Under the pieces are notes generated by a model. It had not been told where the DNA came from. It saw only the letters and a program-made list of their open reading frames with translations, and made no database searches. Shown here in pieces: positions 28,631-39,785 of a DNA stretch of 64,000 nt. Made by a program: the position numbers and the translations under genes. The DNA comes from Sphyrna mokarran (lineage: Eukaryota): contig JAGIQG010000013.1 of assembly GCA_024679065.1 (NCBI GenBank), forward strand, positions 15,376,001 through 15,440,000, read 5' to 3'. How positions within the stretch are numbered: the stretch's first letter is position 1; every line of letters begins with the position of its first letter.

Positions 28631-28816
28631 ATAATCTGCAAGCTTTCGACTTTCGTCTTTGTCAGGCAAATGCAGACCAGAACACTGCATTTGCCTGACG
28701 AAGACGAAAGTCGAAAGCTCGCAGATTTACTATCAAATAAATCGGTTGGATTTAAAATTGGTGTTGCCAGACTCTTACTGAGTTTACCCCAGTCCAACGC
28801 CGGCATCTCTACATCA
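28631..28816. mobile_element. Miniature palindromic PLE derivative (terminal repeat only)
   Basis: Two inverted hammerhead-containing arms. The tail TGAGTTTACCCCAGTCCAACGCCGGCATCTCTACATCA is identical to the tail of the 2.7-kb element. Possible 6-bp TSD AAATCG. Confidence 0.85.
28689..28726 (+). ncRNA. Minimal hammerhead ribozyme motif
   Basis: ATTTGC-CTGACGA-A-GAC(GAAA)GTC-GAAA-GCTC-GCAGAT. Stem II differs in sequence from the 37426 copy but still pairs. Confidence 0.8.
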
Positions 28817-29345
28817 GAAATCGGAAATGGCAGAGCAACTGGGAGGCTCATTTTAAGAGGAAATGGGCTTGGAAGAGGCATTATGGAGGGAAGGTTGAAG
28901 AAAAAGAAAGAGGAGAAGGATGTCAATGGCTTGCACATTGAAGGGAGTTATTGAAAAATTAAAAGGTTTAATGGAGGTCACAGACAGTGAGAACTGAGAA
29001 CACCGGACACCCTTCGAAAGCCCTGGATGGATGCCTCCTGGGTATCTGTCTGATGCTCTTCCTTCTTTTAGGGTGCGTAAGGGCCTCTCCCTGATTCCCT
29101 GAGGTGAATCTGTACTTGGAGGGAGGTCAGGATGTGTTCTTCTGCTCTTACCAAGACACTGCAGAAGTTCACCCATAGCTAGAGCAACATTTCTCCAGCA
29201 TAAACTATACATTTCGTTTCTCCATGGCATCTGCCATCTTTCTGTAGGGACTTCGACATACTCGTATATCAGAGTCATAATATCAAAGAGAATGTGAACA
29301 GACTCTTCTGTCCCTGACATATCTGTCCTGTATCTCTTTAATAAC

Positions 29346-29481
29346 CATGATGTGGAGATGCCAGCGTTGGACTGGGGTATGCACAGTAAGGAGTCTCACA
29401 ACACCAGATTAAAGTCAACCAGGTTAAAATCCTATCAAATAAACCTGTTGGATTTTAACCTGATGCTGTGTGACTTCTTAC
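29346..29481. mobile_element. Miniature palindromic PLE derivative
   Basis: Same tail and arm-end sequences; too short to retain the ribozyme. TSD TCTCTTT(A/G)ATAA at 29333-29344 and 29482-29493. Confidence 0.75.
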
Positions 29482-30099
29482 TCTCTTTGATAATCCAGCA
29501 TCTTCATCATGACTACTTCCAGTGGTTCATCACTTAGTTCTGACTTAGCAGAGGCCTGCTAAGCCTCTCCAGCAGTCCCCTGAGGACCAGGGACTTAGGC
29601 CATCGCTGCCTCCTCCTGCTGTGGACATGTGTCCATGAAGCGACTACCAGAGTGTGAGCCCAAGCCTAGACTATGACCCATCAAGGTGTAGGTCTCTGGA
29701 TTGGTGAGGGTGCAGGTGAATACTATGATAACTGTACACGTGTGAAGTTGTTGTCCTTGTCCTCCTCCAGGCTGTGCTAGGTGAGTCTAGATGAGTCTAG
29801 GTGTGAGGGTTTCTCCACCCTCCTCCTGCTGGCACCCAGAATGGAGAATGGAGAGAATAATTCTGGTCTTTGATGGTCGAATATGGCACTTATCAATCAT
29901 CTTAATTTTCCGAGGTTTTCTGGATTTTGCATGGTTTATCAGTCAGGATTTGGGGGAAGCTGATCTCACTATTGGCACTGACCCGGTCACTGAACCTCCC
30001 TTGTCAGCTCTAGCCTAGCCAGTGACACCCACGGCCCATGACAGGAACACAAAATGAATGGCGATGTGAGTTTGGAGGATACAAGGTACACATATCCTT

Positions 30100-30292
30100 A
30101 TGCATTGCTGAGATCATTCACCCATTTCCTGCTGAGTAGGGTGGTCCTCTTCTGGACCTGCAGATGCCGACTATCTCGGTCTTCCCTTCCCCCAGCAGGC
30201 TAGTCAGTCGGGTGGGCCTCCTGCAGCCATTCCTGAAGAAGAGAATGTCCCACCTTTCCTGATGCTCCAGAGATGAAGTGGGGAGTTGCGAC
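30100..30292 (-). pseudogene. Degenerate Myb/SANT-like DNA-binding domain (PIF/Harbinger-type ORF remnant)
   Basis: Frameshifted translation SLE..ERWDILF..NG.RRP...KRT...RKWVNDL resembles transposon-associated Myb/SANT-like domains. Confidence 0.45.
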
Positions 30293-30957
30293 TTATTGCC
30301 TTCTCCTGCTCATCCTCCTTACAGAGCCCTGGCACCATTCATTGAGGCCTGTTTGAGTGCCTTTTAAGTACGATGCCCAAATAAACAGAGGAACTTCTGA
30401 CTTTCTGTCCATCTTGAGACAAGACATGGATGCGAACCATGCATGGTTAATTAATGAGGTGGGCAACACACAACAGTGCATAAAAGCTCTCCACATTCTA
30501 CACAGGCATCATTCTGGACTTTCTGACTTTGTCACAGAACGTAAGGCAAAGGGATCATTCCATCTTGGAAATCTTCAAGCAAAGCACACATGATTTATCT
30601 CTGTTCTGTCCATCACCCAATTTGTAGATTCTCTGCCTCTCACATAACACTTGCAAAGTAAATAGTGGCATTCCTACCTCGATAAGATTCTGTTTGCTGG
30701 ATACATAGAGAGTAACTTTTTTTACACACTTCATCACTCACCTTGCAGCATCCACCTGAGGAGGTGGCATCAATTTTTTTGCCTCGAAAGCGATTTGGTA
30801 CTAATACGTTTAAAGATATCTATCTAAATTGGAATTGAACAGCTATACCCAATTAGCAGCAATGCAAAAATGCCCAAAAACAATGTAGGAGATTGTGGAA
30901 CGACACAAAAGAAATTTCCATATATTAGTGCATACAGACATGCATTTGAATACCTAC

Positions 30958-31070
30958 TTGGGGAAAGCTGGTAATCATTCACACTTTCTGTGGACATTCC
31001 GAAGTTCTCCAGCCCGGAGCTTTTCAGATCATTCCCAGTTGCTTCAAAAGATTTCTTCCTTGATATTTTT
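30958..31070 (-). CDS. IGSF5: IGSF5-like exon 6, cytoplasmic (KISRKKSFEATGNDLKSSGLENFGMSTESVNDYQLSP)
   Basis: Polypyrimidine + AG at 31071-31072; open only in phase 2. The G-x-EN-x-G motif matches human IGSF5 (GNENSG). Donor A|GTAGGT is the best candidate but less certain. Confidence 0.75.
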
Positions 31071-33622
31071 CTTCAGAGTGACAAGAAAAGATGAAAATGG
31101 AGAGCAGGTTATATACAAAAGAAAAATCCACATAGTGCTACACAGCTGGTCGAATGGCTGAGAGTGAATAACAGGCTATTGTTTGTTCAGTGGTAGAAGG
31201 GATATTGTCCCCACATTAAAATTATAGCTTGAGTGAGGAAGGCTCAATGAGTTGAAACGCATTGGAAGATTTTCTGCACAATACCACAAGCATGAACAAA
31301 ATAGGCACCCAATCCATCTTTTTTGCAATGAATTAATTACACAGTTATTTGGAATATGAAGCCAGAAGTGGGCCCAACTGGCCTATGCCAGTGTTTATGC
31401 TGCACATGAGACTCCTTTCATCCTACTTCAATCTCTCCCTCAGGTGCTTATCTGGTTAAATACAGCTCTATAATTCATCTCAACCATTGCCTGGGATGAT
31501 AAGTTCCACATTTTCACTGCTCTTAATGTGAAGAAGTTTCTCCTGAATTCCCTATTTGACTTACTCAGAATCCTACTGTGCAGAGGTAGGCCATTCAGCC
31601 CATTGAGTCTGCACAGGCTGTCCAACAGAGCATTCCACCCAGACCCTAACAAAGTAGCCCTACATAATCACCCACTAATCCCCCTAACCTACACATTTTA
31701 GGGTACTAAGGGACAATTTAGCACAGCCAATCCACCTAACCTGCCCATCTTTCAGACTGTGGGGGAGAACCGGAGCACCCAGAGGAAACCCACACAGACA
31801 CAGGGAGAATGTGCAGACTCCACACAGACAGTAACCCAAGGCCAGAATCGAACCTGGGTCCCTGGAGGTTTGAGGCAGCAGCATTAATCACCACCCATAG
31901 TGACATAGTGGTTAATGCTATCTTACAATAATGAATCCTTGTTTCAGTCTCCCCTAAAATTGGAAATATTTTCTCAATGCCTACATCATTTTAAAGACCT
32001 GTATTCTTTGGTCATCCCTTCTAAATTGAAGTGAGGATAGAACCTCTGAGAACATTGCTAACTGAAGCAAGCTGACACTTCTATTCAGCCTGATGACTGC
32101 TAAGTTTTTGCTTTTTCTTACTTGCACATTTCAGCATTGATACTCCTATTACAACCTTAATTGTACAGAATTCTTCTTACTTGATTTCCAAAAAGCAGAC
32201 TTCACCCAGAATGCTTGGATGAGGCTACAACATGAGCAAATGAAAACTAACCAGCAGAAGCAATCCCGTAATCAATAGACCAGCTCAAAGCTTTGTAGAC
32301 CTGTCACATTCAGTTGTGAATGGTGGTGGACAATAAAGCAACTAACAAGGAGAGGGAGTTCTGTTCTGGTGGCTAATCCAGTGGACAACAGTGACTCTAT
32401 GACACCATTCGAAAGGGTACACAGTGATCTCCTGAGCCAACATTCATCCCTCAATTAATGCAACAGTAAGCAGTACAAGCTGACTATTTATCTCATTCAT
32501 GTTTGTGGGACTTGATTGATGTTCCATTTTCTTTCAAGACAAACATTACTCTTTCAAATAGATTTCATTGTGGAAAATGTCTTGAGATATTTAGCTACCA
32601 AAACACAGAGGGTCATGATTCTGTTGAATTCAAGTGTTTCCCTCTGGCGTTGGTAGTATCTAGTGGATGAGATTCTCGTCTCTGCCAACGGTGCACTGCC
32701 ATCTGGCACCCTGGCACCCTGGCCTGGAGCATAGGTCCCTGAAGGGGGACCATCCTGCTAACTGTATTACAATTAGTGAGTTTACATTATTTTGGAGGTC
32801 TACAGAATGAGTCAGGTCCATTGACATCCAGCGGGAATCACAGTCCTTGGCCAACACCCCATTCAATGGGGCATTGGGATTCCCACAACCTTCTGGTGGA
32901 GCTGGAAAACCTCACGCCTCTCCTTACCCCAAGATTTTCAGCAGATTTCTGTTGAAGTTTGAAGGTAAGATTGTATGGTGTCAGGTATCAATTTCTTCTT
33001 ATTTTTGGATTTATGTTGAATAGTTCCTTTTTTCCCTAATGTTCTCCCCTTCTTTCCCAATATGGTTGATTTATTCTGGGGTTCAGTGTAAAAAATAGTT
33101 GTCTCCGTTCAGTAGCTTTTCCAACTGCCTATTTTCATTGACCAGTCTACGTAGAGTGAGTTTTAATGGGCCTCAGCTTGAGCCTGAACCTATTCCCACT
33201 TAACATTCACTTGTGTGCCTTCCAACAGGAGTTATTGCACAGTGATGAGGAACAGGAACACTGAGTGAATTTTCCCCCCCCCCCCCCTTGCTGATATCAG
33301 TAGAATCATAGAATCTATGCATAATGAGGCCATTCAGCCCATCGAATCTGCACTGACCACAATCCCACCCAAGCCCTATTCCCATAATCTGACTCATTTA
33401 CCCTTGCTAATCCCCCTGACACTAAGGGTCAATTTAACATGGCCAGTGCATCTAACCTGCATATCTTTGGTAATAGGCTATCTACTGACTAAGAACATCA
33501 AACTAAGTACAGAATCTGGGCCCTATCGTTCAACAAGATACTGGACAATCAGGAGAGTGAAACATTGACCGCTCTATGAGTAAACATACAGTACTGTAAA
33601 AAAACTAATTGTAGGTATTTAC

Positions 33623-33647
33623 CTTAACTCATTCTGATAACTGGATT
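33623..33647 (-). CDS. IGSF5: IGSF5-like exon 5, 25-nt micro-exon (ESSYQNELR)
   Basis: Strong acceptor ctttcttttcctcctAG and donor AG|GTAAAT. It converts phase 1 to phase 2, exactly as needed to keep the next exon open. Confidence 0.8.
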
Positions 33648-34176
33648 CTAGGAGGAAAAGAAAGAGTTAAAGAATATTAATAATTTAATTAAAAATGAAA
33701 ATCTCCTTTTGTTTTGAAGATAACATCCTAATTTATCAGTTTGCTTGTTATTTCATCATGTACCTTTTTATTCCAACATAAAGCAGTATCTTAACAGTAT
33801 CTGTGTCCAATTGTAACAACTGAAGGAGTGGGAATTTATCAGGTGTTACATCTCGGTGAAGGGCCAACACAGACCGTGCAAGGGACGTTCAAAACTGAAG
33901 GGATATGATAAATCATGGTAAGGTGATTACAAGTTTTGCTTTGATTAATCTATACCAACTTGCCAATTGGCAATAAAGGAGGTAAGGAGTTTGAGTGTTT
34001 TGGGAAATGTGTTTCAGTTGAAAACTGTACAATGAGTTTTAAAAGGCAAACTACTGTCTTAAAATAAAGCTTCCAGGACATGTAATGGACTCAGTGTTCT
34101 GCACCAACTGTACTTCAATCAATTTTGATCCATCATAGTTAACCTCGATCACCAGCTTATGTGTTCCTTGACTTAC

Positions 34177-34520
34177 AGTGGCACAGTGGTTAGCACTGTT
34201 GGCTCTCAGCACCAGGGACCTGGGTTTGATTCCCAGCTTGGGAAGTCATTGGCTGTGTGGAATTTGCATGTTCTCCCCGTGTCGGCATAGGCTTCCTCCA
34301 AGTACTCAGTTTTCTCCCACATTCCAAAGATGTGTGGATTAGGTGCATTGGCCATGCTAAATTATCCCTTAGTGTCCTGGGATGTGTAGGTCAGAGGATT
34401 ACCAGGATAAATAGATGTGCTTACAAGGGTAGGGCCTGGGTGGGATTGTTGTTGGTGCAGACTCGATGGGACAAATGGCCTCCTTCTGCACTATAAGGTT
34501 TCTATGATTTCTATGACTCT
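34177..34520 (+). mobile_element. HE1-type V-SINE with CR1-derived tail
   Basis: Head GTGGCACAGTGGTTAGCACTG, tail GGCCTCCTTCTGCACT...(TTCTATGA)n. The same type occurs at ~12803-13087, ~15483-15765, ~16505-16860, ~18400-18677, ~22240-22525, ~26075-26380, ~31567-31890, ~39120-39508, ~41065-41383 and ~58545-58790. Confidence 0.85.
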
Positions 34521-34907
34521 ATGGTTCATTTGAATGCAAACCATGTAGTCATCCAGAACAAAGGGAGCACAGATTTAAGGTATATCTGAAAGTATCGAAT
34601 TAAGAGTTAGCCACTTGGCCCTGGGACCTGCTCTACCACTCAGGAAGAGTATGGCTGATCTGATTATAACCACAACTTCGCCTTCCAGCCTATAATTTTT
34701 TACTCTGTTGTTTATTCAGAGTCAATCTACCTTTGCCATAAAGATAATTAAAGACTCTGAATCAAGTACCTTTTCAGGAAGAGAATTCCAAAGACTCGCT
34801 CCACCCAGAGAAAACAAATCCTTGTCTCTGCCCTAAGTGTTGGCCCCTTATTTTTAGTAAAGTTTTACAACACCAATTTTAAATCCAACCAATTTATTTG
34901 ATAGTAA

Positions 34908-34947
34908 ATTCGCGAGCTTTCGACTTTATAGCCTTCCTCAGGCAAAT
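34908..34947 (-). ncRNA. Minimal hammerhead ribozyme motif (left PLE arm; sense to the host pre-mRNA)
   Basis: Reverse complement of the 37426-37465 motif, with stem II loop ATAA; core intact. Confidence 0.78.
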
Positions 34948-35161
34948 GCAGTGTTCTGGTCTGCAATAGCACTCATATCCACACAGACAGTCAGAGATTG
35001 CTGATTAGAATGCGAATCCTTACATCTAACCTGCTATTCAAGTGTTAAAGTGGCTAACAATGTGTGTGAAGGGAATCCTGAGCATTGGTTAGAGAATTGT
35101 GTATTTTCTCCAGACAGCACAGTAAGTGAGGTTTTTTGCTAACCCAGGCAAGTTACGGGGG

Positions 35162-36348
35162 TTACAGATAGTGTGTCATGAAGCCAAGATCCCTATTAAG
35201 ACCGTCCTCATGTGTGCGGAACTTGGCTATCAGTCTCTGCTCAGCGACTCTGCGCTGTCGTGTGTCACGAAGGCCCCCTTGAAGAACATTTACCCGCAGG
35301 TTGGAGGCCGAATGCCCATGACTGCTGAAGTGTTCGCCCACAGGAAGGGAACTGTTTTGCCTGGTGATTGTTGAGCGATGCTCATTCATCCGCTGTCGTA
35401 GTGTCTGCATGGTCTCCCCAATGTACCATGCTTCGGGACATCCTTTCTTGCAACGTATTAGGTAGGCAACGTTGGCCGAGTTGCAAGAGTATGTACCGTG
35501 TACCTGGTGAATGGTATCCTCACGTTTGATGATGTCGTCCATGTCTATGATCTGGCATGTCTTGCAGAGGTTGCTGTGGCAGGGTTGTGTGGTATTGTGG
35601 TCACTGTTCTCCTGAAGGTTGGGTAGTTTGCTGCAAACAATGATCTGTTTGAGGTTGTGCGGTTGTCTGAAAGCAAGAAGTGGGGGGGGGTGGGGATGGC
35701 CCTAGCGAGATGTTCATCGTCATCAATGACATGTTGAAGACTCCGGAGAAGATGTCATAGCTTCTCTGCTCCGGGGAAGTATTGGACAACAAAGGGTACT
35801 CTGTCCACCGTGTCCCGTGTTCGTCTTCTGAGGAGGTCAGTGAGGTTTATCGCTGTTGCACGTCGGAACTGTCGATTGATGAGTCAAGCGCCATATCCTG
35901 TTCTCACAAGGGCATCCTTCAGCTTCTGGAGGTGTCTGTCACGATCCCCCTCATCTGAGCAAATTCTGTGTATATGGAGGGTTTGTCCATAGGGAGTGGC
36001 TTGTTTAACGTGTCTAGGGTGGAAGCTGGAGAAGTGGAGCATTGTGAGGTTGTCTGTCGGTTTTCGGTACAGTGAGGTGCTGAGGTGACCGTCCTTGATG
36101 GAGATGCGTGTGTCCAAGAATGCAACTGATTCTGGAGAATAGTCCATGGTGAGTCTGATGGTGGGATGGAACTTGTTGATATCATCATACAGTTGTTTCA
36201 ATGATTGTTCACCATGAGTCCAAAGGAAAAAGATGTCATCAATGTATCTAGTATATAACCTTGGTTGAAGATCTCGTGTGGTGAAGAAGTCTTGTTCGAA
36301 CTTGTGCATGAAGATGTTGGCATACTGAGGTGCAAATTTGGTCCCCAT
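35162..36348 (-). pseudogene. PLE polyprotein fragment: RT C-terminal half, linker and GIY-YIG endonuclease
   Basis: RT motifs MGTKFAPQYANIFM, RYIDD, FLD, YRKPTD and SFHP; endonuclease NVAYLIRC...WYIGET...RMNEHR...GLN. Broken by stops (e.g. 35884) and a frameshift in the G-run near 35682-35690. Confidence 0.9.
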
Positions 36349-36354
36349 GGCTGT

Positions 36355-37210
36355 CTTGGATGTCTCGGCGCTCTACACTAACATCCCCCATGACGATGGT
36401 ATTGCTGCAACTGCCTCAGTACTCAATGCCAACAACTGCCAGTTTCCAGATGCAATTTTACAACTCATCCGCTTCATCTTGGACCACAATGTCTTCACCT
36501 TCAACAATCAGCTTTTCATCCAGACACATGGAACAGCCATGGGGACCAAATTTGCACACAGGACACGGTGGACAGAGTACCCTTTGTTGTCCAGTGCTTC
36601 CCCGGAGCGGAGAAGCTACGACATCTTCTCTGGAGTCTTCAACATGTCATTGATGACGATGAACATCTCACTAGGGCCATCCCCACCCCCCCACTTCTTG
36701 CTTTCAGACAACCGCACAACCTCAAACAGATCATTGTTCACAGCAAACTACCCAACCTTCAGGAGAACAGTGACCACAATACCACACAACCCTGCCACAG
36801 CAACCTCTGCAAGACATGCCAGATCATAGACGTGGACGACATCATCAAACGTGAGGATACCATTCACCAGGTACACGGTACATACTCTTGCAACTCGGCC
36901 AACGTTGTCTACCTAATACGTTGCAAGAAAGGATGTCCCGAAGCATGGTACATTGGGGAGACCATGCAGACACTACGACAGCGGATGAATGAGCATCGCT
37001 CAACAATCACCAGGCAAAACAGTTCCCTTCCTGTGGGCGAACACTTCAGCAGTCATGGACATTTGGCCTCCAACCTGCGGGTAAATGTTCTTCAAGGGGG
37101 CCTCGTGACACACGACAGCGCAGAGTTGCTGAGCAGAGACTGATAGCCAAGTTCCGCACACACGAGGACGGTCTTAACAGGGATCTTGGCTTCATGACAC
37201 ACTATCTGTA
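36355..37210 (+). pseudogene. PLE polyprotein fragment: RT motif A-B segment fused by internal deletion to linker and GIY-YIG
   Basis: LDVSALYTNIPH...GTAMGTKFA then jumps to DRVPFVV...VYLIRC...WYIGET. It lacks the YIDD segment and has a 1-nt frameshift near 37100. Confidence 0.9.
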
Positions 37211-37425
37211 ACCCCCGTAACTTGCCTGGGTTAGCAAAAAACCTCACTTACTGTGCTGTCTGGAGAAAATACACAATTCTCTAACCAATGCTCAGGATTC
37301 CCTTCACACACATTGTTAGCCACTTTAACACTTGAATAGCAGGTTAGATGTAAGGATTCGCATTCTAATCAGCAATCTATGACTGTCTGTGTGGATATGA
37401 GTGCTATTGCAGACCAGAACACTGC

Positions 37426-37465
37426 ATTTGCCTGAGGAAGGCTGTAAAGTCGAAAGCTCGCGAAT
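37426..37465 (+). ncRNA. Minimal type I hammerhead ribozyme motif in the PLE terminal repeat
   Basis: ATTTGC-CTGAGGA-A-GGCT(GTAA)AGTC-GAAA-GCTC-GCGAAT: intact CUGANGA/GAAA core, 6-bp stem I, GNRA-capped stem II and palindromic AGCT stem III. Confidence 0.8.
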
Positions 37466-37859
37466 TTACTATCAAATAAATTGGTTGGATTTAAAATTGG
37501 TGTTGTAAAACTTTATTGAGTTTACCCCAGTCCAACGCCGGCATCTCTACATCATGACCCTTATTTTTATACAGTGATCCCCTAATTCTATATTCTCCCA
37601 TAAACGACAGTCAGCGTAAATCCTTTCCACAGTCACCCTGTCGAGACCCCTCAGGCTCTTACATATTTCAATCAGGTTGCCTCTTATTCTTCTAAACTCC
37701 ACAGATACAAGCCTAGCCCAGAATGGCATGAACCTGATTACATCAGCGGTGAGGGGTGGCAATTATTGGAAATGGTGACCTGGCTGGTCATCTCATGGCC
37801 AAAGAATGTGGGCTCAAGGCCCTGCCGTTTGCGTCATCCTCGCCACTTGCCTTCCCATC

Positions 37860-39785
37860 TATGTCATCCAAAAACTTGGCGACACTACATTCACTTCCCT
37901 TGTGTAGGTCATTAGTACATATTATAAATAATTGTGGCCCCAGCACTGATCCCTGTGGCACTCCACTAGTTAAAGATTGCCATCCTAAAAATGCACTTCT
38001 TATTTTTAACTCTCTGTCTTCTATCAGTTAACCAATCCTCTATCCATGCCAATATAGTACCCCACAACACCCATGGGTTCTTATTTATTAAATAGCCTTT
38101 TATGTGGTACCTCATTAGATGCTTTTTGGAAATTCAAATATATTAAACCTCTTTATTTATCCTGCTTGTTACCACCTCAAATAACTTTGACACATTTGTC
38201 AGGCATGATTTCCTCTGCATGAAACCATGCTGACTTTGCTTGATTATATCATGCATTTCTAAATGCTCTGTTATTACATCCTTTATAATGGACTCTAACA
38301 TTTTCCCTATGACTCAGACTTCTTTTCTCCAAGGAAACCAGTCCCGTCCTTTCCAATCTGTCCTCATAATTATAGCTATTACCTCTGGAATTGTTATTGT
38401 GAATCTCCTCTATACTCTTTCTACTGCTTTCATATCCTTCCTCAAGTGTTCAGAACTGGATGCTGTTCTCGAGATAAGGCCTAACTAGTGCCTTATAGAA
38501 GTTTAACATGATCTCCTTATTCTTGTGCCGCTATTAATAAAACCTTAGGTACCATTTGTTTTCATAACCGTTCTCTGAACATGCCTTACCATCTTCAATT
38601 ACTTATTACTTAATCTCTGTTCCTAGTCCTCCAATCAACTATGAAATATATGGCCTCTTTATATTCTTTCAGTCAAAATGAGTCACCCTCCAACTTTCTG
38701 CATTGAACTTTGTCTGCTACTTGTCTGCCAACCCAACCCAACATGTTTATTTCCTTTTGAATGACGTTCAAAACTGCCCTCATCACAGTTAATACCATTT
38801 CTAATCATCGTATCATCTACAACTTTTGAGAAAATGTTCTGAGAACCATAGCCCAGGTCATTAATCTGTATCAGGAAGAGCAAGGTCTCAACACTGACCC
38901 CTGGGGAACTCTACTACAAACCTTCATCCAATCTGAAGAACTTCCATTTATCACTACATCTTGTTTCCTGTCACTCAGACAATTCCTCATCCAAGTGCCA
39001 ATTTTTCTTTTTATTACATCTCCTAGAATTTTGCTCACAAGTCTGTTGTGTGACACTGTATCAAATGCCTTTTGAAAATCCATTTATACCACATCAACAG
39101 TGTTTGCCTTATCAATATTAGAATCATAGAACTTCTAAGGTGCAGACGGAGGCTATTTGGCCCATCGGATCGGCACCAACAACAATCCCACCCAGGCCCT
39201 ATCCTTGTAATCCCCCTAACATTAAGGGGCAATCGCACCCAAACTTGTTCCCCATAACTCCAAGTATTTACCCAATTAATCCCCCTAACTTGCATATCTT
39301 GGGACATTAAGGCCCAATTTAATATGGCCAATCCATCAAATCTGCACATCTTTGGAGTGTGGGAGGAAACCGGAGCATCCAGAGGAAACCCACGCAGATG
39401 TAGGGAGAATGTGCAAACTCCACACAGTCAATCCCCTGAAGCCAGAGTCAAACCTGGGTCCCTGGCACTATGAGGCAGCAATGCTAACCACTGTGCCACC
39501 ATGCTGCCTGACATGTTCTCTGTTATCTCCTCAAAAATTTTCAGCAAATTAGTTAAACATGACTTTCCCTGAATGAATCCATGCTGGCCTTCCTTAATTA
39601 TCCTGAATTTGCCTAAGTGACAACTGATTTTATCACGAGCTATCAGTTCCAGAAGTTTTCCCAGCACTGAAGTCAAACTGACTGATCTGCAGCCACCGGC
39701 TGCAGCGTGTTCTGAGCAAGTATGTAATATTCCCAATCCTCCAGTCCCCTGGCACCACCCCTGTGTTTAAGGAAGATTGGTAAAT
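37860..39785 (-). mobile_element. Old, fragmented CR1 LINE RT pieces with a nested SINE
   Basis: SVSLTSVLGKLLE, QHGFIQGKSCLTNLL, DFQKAFDTVSH, VPQGSVL and KVVDDT motifs. Confidence 0.8.

Larger units (their letters stand above)
34857..37557. mobile_element. Penelope-like retroelement (Neptune-like), head-to-head inverted insertion with 12-bp TSD
   Basis: Contains RT and GIY-YIG fragments. Arms 34857-35820 and 36556-37516 are near-identical inverted repeats. TSD CCCTTATTTTTA at 34845-34856 and 37558-37569. The Cys-rich linker (PCHSNLCKTC) suggests the Neptune clade. Confidence 0.92.
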
